From Candidatus Arthromitus sp. SFB-rat-Yit (lineage in GTDB: Bacteria; Bacillota; Clostridia; Clostridiales; Clostridiaceae): a stretch of 32,000 bases of DNA. The notes under the pieces were generated by a model. That model ran no database searches, had not been told where the DNA came from, and was given only the letters and a program-made list of their open reading frames with translations. The position numbers were made by a program, and so were the translations under genes. Positions 1 through 8,988 of the stretch are shown in pieces. The stretch covers positions 480,001 through 512,000 of the forward strand of contig NC_016012.1 in assembly GCF_000283555.1 (NCBI RefSeq), given 5' to 3'. Position 1 is the first letter of the stretch. The number at the start of each line of letters is the position of its first letter.

Positions 1-210
1 GTTGAATTTATTAAAATGTGTTCTTATGTTTGTAGTAAAGAAGATTTAGGAATTGACAGCTATAATTTTATATTGGCTTGTACAAGTTTTCCTTATGAGT
101 TTGTGAGAGTTATATCAAGATATAGGGATTTGGGGCGAGAATTATCTAATTACTCTAAAGAATGCAATTTTGATAATGTTTTAAGTAAAGATGGAGATAG
201 TCTTATATGA
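1..210 (+). CDS. C-terminal fragment of a CotS-like spore coat/kinase-like protein (starts upstream of window)
   Basis: Frame is open from base 1. C-terminal '..NFILACTSFPYEFVRVISRYRDL..' resembles the end of CotS-family proteins, and it overlaps the start of the next CotS-like ORF by an ATGA junction. Confidence 0.45.
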   Translation, partial: VEFIKMCSYVCSKEDLGIDSYNFILACTSFPYEFVRVISRYRDLGRELSNYSKECNFDNVLSKDGDSLI

Positions 211-1253
211 TTAATCCTAATTTTTGTATTTTAAATTTGAATGAATATAATTTATCTTATGATTTTTTGAAAATTGTTGTTGGGATAGATGTAAGTGAAT
301 GTTATCCATACAAAAATGGATTTTTTATGGTTGATCAGAATGGAAATAAATATTTACTCTTTAAAATTTTTAAGGAAGATGTGGGAAAATACATTCAAAT
401 ATTTGAGGTTTTGAAAAATATAAATTCTTCAAACAAATTGATTCAAGATATGTATTGTTTTAATGGGAAAAAATATTTTACAGATAACATTACAAATGAA
501 GATTATATTGTTTTTAATTATCCAAATGGAGAACATAATAAATGGAATGATTTTGATTTTAATTTAATCAAAGAAATTTTAATTGATTTTTATAATGCAT
601 CTAGGGACATTTTGAAAGATTATTATAATTTCAATTTAAAAGAAGATGTAAAATTATTGACCATAGGTGATGAGATAAAATATATAGATAATCATCTTTT
701 AAATATACAAAATATAGAGATGTTTATTTTGTACAAGCACAGAAAAAATAAGATTGATAATTTGTTTTTAGAAAATAAGATTTATATGGAAGATGAGCTT
801 ATAAAAATTAGGGAGTTTTTTACTAGTTATAAATTTAAGAATTATGTAAGTGATTATAAAAATATAAGATTTATAAATGGAAATCTATCAAATAAATCTT
901 TTGTATTTAATGACGGAAAGTGTTATATGGCAAACTTCTATAATGCTTCTATTGATTTGTTTGTTAAAGATATAGCTGTGTTATCTGAAAAGGTAATTTT
1001 TAATTTTAATATAGATAGATTCAAAACATTTCTTATAGATTTCTTAAATAATTTTGAAGGAGATATTAAAGAACATTTAGAGGTATTATTTAATTATATA
1101 AAACTCAATAACCGTATGTTTAAGTGGTTTGATAACCAATATAAAGATGATTATCATAATAGTAATAATTCTGATTTGGATAATAAAATGCAAGAAATAA
1201 GTGATTACAAACAAAAAAGAAATTATTTTATAAATAAAGTATCCTTCACTTAG
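207..1253 (+). CDS. CotS/YutH-like spore coat protein (divergent aminoglycoside-phosphotransferase fold)
   Basis: 348 aa; 'DLFVKDIAVLSEK' and 'IRFINGNLSNKSFVFNDGKCYMANFYNASIDLFVKD' match the degenerate kinase-like CotS pattern (HGD/D-like positions). ATGA overlap with the upstream ORF. Confidence 0.5.
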   Translation: MINPNFCILNLNEYNLSYDFLKIVVGIDVSECYPYKNGFFMVDQNGNKYLLFKIFKEDVGKYIQIFEVLKNINSSNKLIQDMYCFNGKKYFTDNITNEDYIVFNYPNGEHNKWNDFDFNLIKEILIDFYNASRDILKDYYNFNLKEDVKLLTIGDEIKYIDNHLLNIQNIEMFILYKHRKNKIDNLFLENKIYMEDELIKIREFFTSYKFKNYVSDYKNIRFINGNLSNKSFVFNDGKCYMANFYNASIDLFVKDIAVLSEKVIFNFNIDRFKTFLIDFLNNFEGDIKEHLEVLFNYIKLNNRMFKWFDNQYKDDYHNSNNSDLDNKMQEISDYKQKRNYFINKVSFT

Positions 1254-1268
1254 AGTGAAGGATACTTT
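1236..1268. terminator. Bidirectional terminator hairpin between convergent genes
   Basis: AAAGTATCCTTCACT (1236-1250) / AGTGAAGGATACTTT (1254-1268): perfect 15-bp stem, 3-nt loop, followed by a T-rich tract. Confidence 0.85.
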
Positions 1269-1737
1269 ATAGTTTTTTATCGTTTATAATATGTTCCAAA
1301 ATAGAATCACATCCAGCCTTAATAAGCTCGAAGGTTAAATTAAAATCTCCAGTATAATAAGGGTCAGGAACAAAATTATGAGATGAATTTTTGATAAAAT
1401 CTGTTAACTTATGTATTTTTATGTTAGGATTTATATTTGTTACATCACGCATATTTGAATCATCCATAACAATTATATAATCGTTTGTACTTAAATCTTT
1501 TTCTGTAAGTTTTTTAGATATGATATTTGAAAAATCTATATTTAATTTATTAAGGATTGTTTGAGTTCCATGATGAGGGGGATTACCTACGTTATAACTA
1601 GATGTAGCTCTAGATGATACGTTGATTTTATCACTAAGATTATTTTGTTTAATGATATGTCTCATATAAGCTTCACTCATTGGAGATCTACAAATATTAC
1701 CTAAACATATAAATAAAACATTGACCAAATTAATCAC
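1267..1737 (-). CDS. Low molecular weight protein-tyrosine phosphatase
   Basis: 156 aa with the N-terminal P-loop 'VLFICLGNICRSPMSEA' (CX5R) and the 'DPYYTGDF' general-acid motif. Confidence 0.93.
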   Translation of the reverse strand: MINLVNVLFICLGNICRSPMSEAYMRHIIKQNNLSDKINVSSRATSSYNVGNPPHHGTQTILNKLNIDFSNIISKKLTEKDLSTNDYIIVMDDSNMRDVTNINPNIKIHKLTDFIKNSSHNFVPDPYYTGDFNLTFELIKAGCDSILEHIINDKKL

Positions 1738-1876
1738 CTCAAATATAATTTTCTTATGATTATAACATAATTACAAATGAGTATTGGGTTTTTATTATTA
1801 TGTTTGTATAAAATTAAGTATAGACTCAAATACTAATTATTAATATTATAATCAGTAATAGAGGTGATGGTAGAAA

Positions 1877-2701
1877 GTGTACATATATTCACATTTAAAT
1901 ATAACGGATGTTTTAGAAATAATTAGAAAAGTAAATCCCGTAAAGATATTAGACGTTAATGTTGGTTTTGGACGTTGGGGAATTTTATGCCGAGAATTAT
2001 TAGAGCGAGATAACATGGGAAAGGTTCGAAGACCTGACTTATGGAATATTAAAATAGATGGGATAGAAAATATTACTAGTTCTTATATACAAACTTATCA
2101 TGATATTTTCTATGATAATATATATAGGCAAGATTTAGAGGGGTTTTTAAAAAATCACTTAGCTTTATATGATTTGACTATCTTTTCACACGTATTGGAA
2201 TATAGATCAAGAGAAGAAAGTATAAGAATGTTAAGTAATGCAATGGGAATATCAAGATTTATATTGATCTATGTTAAACTTGGAAAACACAATAAACAAT
2301 ATACACCAGATGAAATACAAGTTAGTGTATGGGAAAAAGAAGATTTTGAAGGGTATGATGTTGTTAATAATATAATTTTAAATGATAGATATGGGAATAA
2401 ATATGGAATTTTTTTAATTGAGTGTAATACGATTAAGCGTATATATAATAAAAATGTTGTGATATATGGAATTGATGAGTATTTTGATTTATGTGTTAAG
2501 CCATTCATAGATGAAAATAAAATTATATGCTTTATGGAAGAAAATGTTTTTAAACAAGGACTCTTTCATATGGGGAAGATAATTCATACTATAAAGGGAG
2601 TTAAAAAAATAAAGGATGATTTTATAATAATAATAGCTAGCGTGTTTTATAGAGATATAAAAAAGAAGCTTGAAGCAGCTAGTTTATACAATTTTATATA
2701 A
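1877..2701 (+). CDS. Class I SAM-dependent methyltransferase-like protein with C-terminal Rossmann-like domain
   Basis: Motif I-like 'VKILDVNVGFGRWGILCREL'; 'YDLTIFSHVLEY' motif IV-like. GTG start preceded by GAGGTGATGG. Confidence 0.55.
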   Translation: MYIYSHLNITDVLEIIRKVNPVKILDVNVGFGRWGILCRELLERDNMGKVRRPDLWNIKIDGIENITSSYIQTYHDIFYDNIYRQDLEGFLKNHLALYDLTIFSHVLEYRSREESIRMLSNAMGISRFILIYVKLGKHNKQYTPDEIQVSVWEKEDFEGYDVVNNIILNDRYGNKYGIFLIECNTIKRIYNKNVVIYGIDEYFDLCVKPFIDENKIICFMEENVFKQGLFHMGKIIHTIKGVKKIKDDFIIIIASVFYRDIKKKLEAASLYNFI

Positions 2702-2863
2702 TTGTGGTATTTGATTTTGACACAGGATTTAATTCTTGTGTTTTATTATTTTTTTTGTGATTTATGTTTTACAAATAAATATTTTAAATAATGTTGTAAA
2801 TTGGTTAAAGTTTTAATAAAGAATAACATCTATTAAATTATTTGTTTGAGGGAGATTAATATT

Positions 2864-3418
2864 ATGGTTGATTTAAGTACAGAGGTAATTACTGGAAGAG
2901 TTTGTTTTGATGATGTAAATATTTGGAAAGATAAGGCTATTAATGTAGACAATTTTGAATATTCAGTGTGCTTATTAATACCCAAATCAGATGGTAAGAC
3001 ATTAAGTGATATTAGAAAAGCTATAGAAAATGCAAAAAAAATAGGAATAAATATTTTAGATAATAAATTGAATTTAAATATTGAAAGTCCGTTAAAAGAT
3101 GGACTTGAGAAATCTAAAGATGAAATTTATAAAGGTTGTTATTTTATAAATGCCATTAACATCAACCAGCCAGTTATATTGGATAAATTTAATAAACCAA
3201 TTAATAATAAAGAAGAATTTTATAATGGATGTTATGGATATGCTTCAATTAATTTTTACGCTTTTAATGATAATGTGAATAAGGGTATAACATGTAAAAT
3301 CAATACTATTATAAAGACTGATGATGGAGATTTACAGAATAATAAGTTAAATGATTTGGTAGATATGTCTTGTATAGAAGCTATAAAATTAGAGGGTAGT
3401 GGAAGTTTTATGGTTTAG
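2864..3418 (+). CDS. DUF2815-family phage-type ssDNA-binding protein homologue
   Basis: 'EVITGRVCFDDVNIWKDKAINVDNFEYSVCLLIPKSDGKTLSDIRKAIENAKKIG' and 'DEIYKGCYFINA..', 'EFYNGCYGYASINFYAFNDNVNKGITCKINTI' match the DUF2815 consensus from memory. ATG 2864 has RBS GAGGGAGA; the listed ORF start 2846 (TTG) lies upstream of it. Confidence 0.8.
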   Translation: MVDLSTEVITGRVCFDDVNIWKDKAINVDNFEYSVCLLIPKSDGKTLSDIRKAIENAKKIGINILDNKLNLNIESPLKDGLEKSKDEIYKGCYFINAININQPVILDKFNKPINNKEEFYNGCYGYASINFYAFNDNVNKGITCKINTIIKTDDGDLQNNKLNDLVDMSCIEAIKLEGSGSFMV

Positions 3419-3486
3419 TTAAATTATAAAGTTTAAGGATAATATTAAGTTTTGAGATTTTGAAATTTGTTTGTTACGAGTATCTA

Positions 3487-3515
3487 ATAGGGTAAATCTA
3501 AGAGATTTACCCTAT
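3487..3515 (+). terminator. Rho-independent terminator
   Basis: ATAGGGTAAATCT / AGATTTACCCTAT, 13-bp stem with 3-nt loop, followed by TTTT. Confidence 0.8.
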
Positions 3516-3721
3516 TTTTCTGTAAAAAGATACAATAATATTAAGATAATATTATTAAAAGATACTATTTTTTAATATTTAAGCATTAAAAGATATTAAT
3601 TTTTAATAATTTCTTAAATAGAAATTACTATTTCAAAAATTTATATGGATATATAATTAAAACATCAAGTAGGACAAACAAAATTTAAAAATAAGAAATA
3701 AAAGTTTAGGAGATGTTTAAT

Positions 3722-5068
3722 ATGTTAAAAAATAAAATTAAGAAAATATTATCAGTTGTAGCTTTAGGAGCATTAATAACAGTTGGAGCAGGAAGTGTAA
3801 AATCAATGGCAGTTAATACGCAACAAAATACAGCAGCAGTTGTTGCAGAAGATTATTCATATAGTAATTATGGATATGAAGATCTTATACAAGAGATGTT
3901 GGATGAAGGATATATAGATCAAAATAGAGCTACTACTCTTAGAAGTGGTATTAATTCTGAAAATGGACAAATTGAAATAGATAAAACGTATGATTTATAT
4001 TTAGTTGATTTAGATGTAAAAGAGGGATATTACAGCAAAGAAGCTGGAGAAATTTATAAAAGAGTGATAGAAGCAGAATATGCAGGAAATTATGATTTAG
4101 CTGATCAAATATATGACGAGCTTATTGTACAGTTAGATAAAGAAGGAGTAACAGCAGACGAAGATTTAGCAGGGTACTATAGTGAACTTGTAAGTGAAAT
4201 GAAAGATGCTGGATATATAGATCAAGATAGAGCTAATACTTTCACAAATGATATTAATTCTGAAAATGTACAATTTGAAATAGAGAAAGCTTATTATTTA
4301 TATTTAATTGATTTAGATGTAAAAGAAGGGTATTACAGTAAAGAAGCTGGGGAAATGCATAAAAGATTGATAGAAGCAGAATACGCGGGAAATTATGATT
4401 TAGCTGATCAAATATATGATGAGTTTATGGCACAGTTAGAGAAAGAAGGAGTAACAGTAAATGAAGATCTATCAGGGTACTATAGTGAGATTATAAGCGA
4501 AATGAAAGATGCTGGATATATAGATCAAAATAAAGCTAATACTTTTACAAATGATATTAATTCTGAAAATGTACAACTTGAAATAGATAAAATGTATGAT
4601 TTATATTTAATTGATTTAGATGTAAAAGAAGGATATTACAGTAAAGAAGCAGGAGAAATTTATAAAAGAGTGATAGAAGCAGAATATGCAGGAAATTATG
4701 ATTTAGCTGATCAAATATACGACGAGCTTATGGTACAGTTAAACAAAGAAGGAGTAACAGCAGACGAAGATTTAGCAGGGTACTATAGTGAACTTATAAG
4801 TGAAATGAAAGATGCTGGATATATAGATCAAAATAAAGTTAATACTTTTACAAATGATATTAATTCTGAAAATGTACAACTTGAAATAGATAAAGCGTAT
4901 GATTTATATTTAATCGATTTAGATGTAAAAGAGGGATATTACAGTAAAGAAGCTGCAGAAATAGAGAAGAGGTTAGTAGAAGCAGAATACGCAGGAAATT
5001 ATGATTTAGCTGATCAAATATATGACGAGCTTATGGTACAGTTAGAGAAAGAAGGATTATTCCAATAG
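3722..5068 (+). CDS. Secreted acidic protein with four 101-aa tandem repeats
   Basis: Signal-peptide-like N-terminus 'MLKNKIKKILSVVALGALITVGAGSVKSMA'; four copies of 'EAEYAGNYDLADQIYDE..'. RBS TAGGAG best fits ATG 3722 rather than 3713. Confidence 0.85.
   Translation: MLKNKIKKILSVVALGALITVGAGSVKSMAVNTQQNTAAVVAEDYSYSNYGYEDLIQEMLDEGYIDQNRATTLRSGINSENGQIEIDKTYDLYLVDLDVKEGYYSKEAGEIYKRVIEAEYAGNYDLADQIYDELIVQLDKEGVTADEDLAGYYSELVSEMKDAGYIDQDRANTFTNDINSENVQFEIEKAYYLYLIDLDVKEGYYSKEAGEMHKRLIEAEYAGNYDLADQIYDEFMAQLEKEGVTVNEDLSGYYSEIISEMKDAGYIDQNKANTFTNDINSENVQLEIDKMYDLYLIDLDVKEGYYSKEAGEIYKRVIEAEYAGNYDLADQIYDELMVQLNKEGVTADEDLAGYYSELISEMKDAGYIDQNKVNTFTNDINSENVQLEIDKAYDLYLIDLDVKEGYYSKEAAEIEKRLVEAEYAGNYDLADQIYDELMVQLEKEGLFQ
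3869..5065 (+). repeat. 303-bp in-frame tandem repeat, about 3.95 copies
   Basis: The codon for the A of 'AGNYDLADQ' recurs at 4082, 4385, 4688 and 4991 (exactly 303 bp each); neighbouring copies are near-identical. Confidence 0.93.
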
Positions 5069-5112
5069 ATTAATTTAGGAAATTTATCTATTGAAAGGTA
5101 AATAAATTAATT

Positions 5113-5141
5113 AAAGAAAGCTTTGTTTCAAAGCTTTCTTT
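5113..5141. terminator. Bidirectional terminator
   Basis: AAAGAAAGCTTTG / CAAAGCTTTCTTT, 13-bp stem with 3-nt loop, T-tract on the + strand, between convergent ORFs. Confidence 0.8.
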
Positions 5142-5143
5142 TT

Positions 5144-5374
5144 TTATGTGAGAGCATCACGTACATAAATGACGTCACAGTTTAAATGAGTAAATAAAGG
5201 TTCTATTGATGTTTTGAATTCTCCAAGTTCATAATTTAAAGATTGATTAAATAAAACTTGATTCGTTGTGTTGTTAACAACCAATAAAGTTCCATTTGTA
5301 ATGTCGTATGTGATTTCCATCTGTGAATCATTGGACCTTATATAATTTAATAAATCGTTAATTGAATTAAACAT
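5144..5374 (-). CDS. Small hypothetical protein (about 76 aa)
   Basis: ORF with start at 5374 preceded on the minus strand by a strong RBS (AGGAGGTG; + strand CACCTCCT at 5379-5387). Confidence 0.6.
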   Translation of the reverse strand: MFNSINDLLNYIRSNDSQMEITYDITNGTLLVVNNTTNQVLFNQSLNYELGEFKTSIEPLFTHLNCDVIYVRDALT

Positions 5375-5497
5375 AATTACACCTCCTAAATTTATAAACA
5401 CTTTAATTATTTCAAGTAAATTAGAAACTATTCAATATGTTTTTAAAATTATAGTTTATATGTTAGAATTGCAGTATGAATTTAATAGGAGGAGTGT

Positions 5498-7270
5498 ATG
5501 TTAGAACGGTGGATTTTGAGGAATAGAAATACTTTGGTTGAAGGATTAGAAACGCTTAAAATATCTAATAAAATTTTGAAAATACTTATAAATAGAGATT
5601 TTAAAAATTTTGATGACATTAAAAATTACATATATCCGAGTGAAGTTTTGTTGAATGATCCATTTAAATTAAAAGATTTTCAAAAGGCTATAGATATTTT
5701 GATTTCATTAGTTGAGAGTGGAGATAGGTTAAGAATTGTTGGAGATTATGATGTTGATGGTATAAGTAGTGTTTACATATTGTATAGAACTTTTAAAAAT
5801 ATTGGGATTAATGTTGATTTTGTAATACCTGATAGAGTTAAAGATGGTTATGGAATAAATACAAGGATAGTTAGTGAAGCAAAGAATGATGGTATTAAAT
5901 TTTTAATTACATGTGATAATGGAATTGCTGCTATTGATGTAATAAAATTTGCAAAAGAAAATGGATTTACGATAATTGTAACTGATCATCATGATATTCA
6001 AATTGTTAATGGTGAGAATGGAAATTTTGAAAAGGTTTTGCCAGATGCTGATGTGATTTTGAATCCAAAGCAAGATGATTGTACATATGAGTTTAAAAAA
6101 CTTTGTGGTGCGGGAGTTTGTTTTAAACTATGTTGTGAGTTATACAGGAAGTTTGGATTGGAAAATAAAATAAATGAGTTGATTGAAATAACTGCCATTG
6201 CAACTATTTGTGATGTTGTAGATTTGGAAGGGGAAAATAGATTTTTAGCAAAGAAAGGTATTGAGTTATTGAGGACAACAAATAACATTGGGCTTAATGC
6301 TATAATAGATGTAAATTCTATATCGAGAGAAAATATTTGTTCATATGATATAGGTTATGTGATTGGTCCGTGTTTAAATGCTTTGGGAAGACTTGATAGC
6401 GGTATGAAAGGATTGGATATCCTTTTGTGTGATGATAAGGAGAAGGCTTATGAGCTTGCAAGTGAGATAAAAGATTTAAATGATAAAAGGAAGTCCATGA
6501 CCTTAGAGGGATTTGTTGAAAGTTTGAAAATAATTAAAGAGGAGAATTATCTTAATTCAAATGTGATTGTTATCTACAATGAAAATATTCACGAAAGCAT
6601 AGCGGGTATAATTGCTGGAAGAATCAAAGAGAGATTTTATAAACCCACGATTGTTTTAACAAAAGGTGAGGGATGTTGTAAGGGATCGGCTAGGTCGATT
6701 GAAGGAATAAATATTTTTGATTTAATCTCTGAGAATCGAGATTTACTTGAGGCTTTTGGAGGACATCCTATGGCAGCAGGATTATCTATAAAAGAAGAGA
6801 ATATAAATTTGTTTAGAGATAGATTAAATAAGTCGAGTAGAATTGATAAAGATAAATATATAAACACTGTATATATTGATATTTTTTGTCCAATTCAAGA
6901 AATAGATTATGATTTTGTTAAGGATTTAGATAAACTTGAGCCGTTTGGGAAATCAAATCTAAAACCAGTTATTGGCGATAAGCATTTGAGAGTGTATTCT
7001 ATCAAGAGAATTGGAAAAAACAAGAATTACATTTCTATTAAATTAATTTCTACAGATGATAAAATTTTTGATTTTGTATATTTTGGGGATGCTGAAGAAT
7101 TTGATAAATCATTTAGTAATTCTTATTCAAGAGTTGAACTTGAGAGGTTGTATTCCGGAAAATGTAATATGAACAATCAATTTTTTATTGATGTTTTGTA
7201 TGAAGTGAGTATAGATAATTATAATTTTAGTGAAATGATAAAGTATTTCTTATTAAAATATAGATTTTAA
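5498..7270 (+). CDS. recJ: Single-stranded-DNA-specific exonuclease RecJ
   Basis: 590 aa; DHH motifs 'VGDYDVDGISSVYILY', 'TCDNGIAAIDVIKFAKENGFTIIVTDHHD', 'ATICDVVDLEGENR', DHHA1 'GGHPMAAGLSI'. RBS GGAGG. Confidence 0.93.
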   Translation: MLERWILRNRNTLVEGLETLKISNKILKILINRDFKNFDDIKNYIYPSEVLLNDPFKLKDFQKAIDILISLVESGDRLRIVGDYDVDGISSVYILYRTFKNIGINVDFVIPDRVKDGYGINTRIVSEAKNDGIKFLITCDNGIAAIDVIKFAKENGFTIIVTDHHDIQIVNGENGNFEKVLPDADVILNPKQDDCTYEFKKLCGAGVCFKLCCELYRKFGLENKINELIEITAIATICDVVDLEGENRFLAKKGIELLRTTNNIGLNAIIDVNSISRENICSYDIGYVIGPCLNALGRLDSGMKGLDILLCDDKEKAYELASEIKDLNDKRKSMTLEGFVESLKIIKEENYLNSNVIVIYNENIHESIAGIIAGRIKERFYKPTIVLTKGEGCCKGSARSIEGINIFDLISENRDLLEAFGGHPMAAGLSIKEENINLFRDRLNKSSRIDKDKYINTVYIDIFCPIQEIDYDFVKDLDKLEPFGKSNLKPVIGDKHLRVYSIKRIGKNKNYISIKLISTDDKIFDFVYFGDAEEFDKSFSNSYSRVELERLYSGKCNMNNQFFIDVLYEVSIDNYNFSEMIKYFLLKYRF

Positions 7271-7281
7271 AGGTGATTACT

Positions 7282-8940
7282 ATGGAACTGAATGAAATTG
7301 ATATTATTAATTCATTTAATGATATTGTTTTAATTACTGATCTCAATAATATTATAAAATCTTATAATAAAAAGGCTTATGAATCATTTTCATTTGATAA
7401 GGACTTTTTAAAAGGCAAAAGTATAACTGATTTTATTGATGCGTTTGAAATAGGTATACATGATGATGTTATAAGTGATGAGGATTTTCATTTTGTTAAT
7501 AAAATATCGAAAAATATTTTAAACTATGATACAAGAACTGTTGTGTTTAAGAGGGTTTTCAAAAGAAAGGAACTATTTTTTAAACTTGGAATTTATGAAC
7601 ACAAATTATATGGTAATGAAGTAGTGGGAAATATTTATATATTAACGGATATTACAGATATTTATATGGATTATAGAGATTTAAGTAAAAGTAATGAGTC
7701 GATGAGAAATTATATTATTGATATGAAGGGACTTATTGATATAAAGCATAGATTGAATAAAAAGAAACATAATCAGTTTATTCATATAAACAATATAATT
7801 AACAATTTGCACGATGGAATTATAGTAGTAGACAATATGTTTTCTGAGATTTATTGCAATGATGTGTATAAGAATACTTTTGATTTTACAGCTAGAGAAT
7901 TTTTATCTTTAAAATTTTTAGATAATTATAAGGTTGATGCTATTGGGAATACTACGATTGATATTAGGGAGTTTTTAAGGAATATTAAATTCAAAAATGA
8001 AAAGAGAACAGGCCAATTCTTATTTAAGAATATTGAAAAAAATATTGAAAAATATTTTCAAATAACATTGAACACTATAGATTATCATGATAATTCTAAG
8101 CTCAAATATCATAATATTATTATATTTTCTGATATAACTCAAATTAAAACCCAAGAGTTATTAAAAGATGATTTTTTCAACATGGTATCTCATGAATTAA
8201 GAACGCCGATTACTTTAATAAAATCATCTCTTCAAGCACTTGAAAATTTGTGTAGAGATGAAGTGACAATAGGAATGAAAAAATATTTAAATATGATGAA
8301 TAAAAATAGTTCAAGGTTGTTAAAACTTATTAATAATATTTTAGATTTATCAAAAGCGGAATCTGGTTATATGTTACCTATTATGAGTTATTTTGATATA
8401 GTTATTATAACTGAAGACATAGTTACGTCAATAAATTTGCATGCCAATCACAAAAAAAATATAAAAGTTATATTTGAACCAAATGTTGAAGAAGAGTATT
8501 TGTATTTTGATAAAGAAATGTATGAGAAGATTTTATTAAATTTATTATCTAATGCAATTAAATTCACCCCAAACAATAAAATGGTGTATGTTAACCTGAT
8601 TATAAATAGTGATAATTTTGTATTGAAAGTAAGAGATCAAGGAATTGGAATACCTAAAGATAAATTAAATGGAGTTTTTGATAAATTTAATCAGGTTAGT
8701 TCTGTTTTGAGTCGTGGTGCAGAGGGAAGTGGGATAGGTTTATCCATAGTAAAGAGATTTGTTGATATATTAGGGGGTAAAATTGTTATTAATAGTGATA
8801 TTGGAATTGGAACGGAATTTATTTTAACGTTTAATAAAACTATTATTGATAATGATTTTGAGATGATTGAGGAAGATATATTGATAAATGATGATGTTAG
8901 TTCAAAAGTAGACATCCATTTTTCTGATATTTATTCTTAA
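7282..8940 (+). CDS. PAS-domain sensor histidine kinase, apparently soluble
   Basis: Two PAS-like regions; H-box 'MVSHELRTPITLIKSS'; N-box 'LLNLLSNAIKFTP'; G-boxes 'VRDQGIGIPKDKL' and 'GAEGSGIGLSIVKRFV'. RBS AAAGGTG before ATG 7282. Confidence 0.93.
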   Translation: MELNEIDIINSFNDIVLITDLNNIIKSYNKKAYESFSFDKDFLKGKSITDFIDAFEIGIHDDVISDEDFHFVNKISKNILNYDTRTVVFKRVFKRKELFFKLGIYEHKLYGNEVVGNIYILTDITDIYMDYRDLSKSNESMRNYIIDMKGLIDIKHRLNKKKHNQFIHINNIINNLHDGIIVVDNMFSEIYCNDVYKNTFDFTAREFLSLKFLDNYKVDAIGNTTIDIREFLRNIKFKNEKRTGQFLFKNIEKNIEKYFQITLNTIDYHDNSKLKYHNIIIFSDITQIKTQELLKDDFFNMVSHELRTPITLIKSSLQALENLCRDEVTIGMKKYLNMMNKNSSRLLKLINNILDLSKAESGYMLPIMSYFDIVIITEDIVTSINLHANHKKNIKVIFEPNVEEEYLYFDKEMYEKILLNLLSNAIKFTPNNKMVYVNLIINSDNFVLKVRDQGIGIPKDKLNGVFDKFNQVSSVLSRGAEGSGIGLSIVKRFVDILGGKIVINSDIGIGTEFILTFNKTIIDNDFEMIEEDILINDDVSSKVDIHFSDIYS

Positions 8941-8988
8941 ATTAAAGACTATATTAAAATTTATTTCAGTATAAAGAGGGCATTATAG

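Noticed and set aside
2269-2508. Minus-strand ORF (79 aa)
   Set aside because: Fully antisense to the methyltransferase-like gene; no RBS or motif; low-complexity product.
3869-5065. Tandem array as a possible CRISPR or mobile element
   Set aside because: Unit is 303 bp, in frame, continuous and coding, with no spacers or transposase; it is a protein repeat.
5998-6867. Two minus-strand ORFs (5998-6288, 6637-6867)
   Set aside because: Antisense to the clear recJ coding frame; no independent support.
8691-8915. Minus-strand ORF (74 aa)
   Set aside because: Antisense to the kinase ATPase domain.
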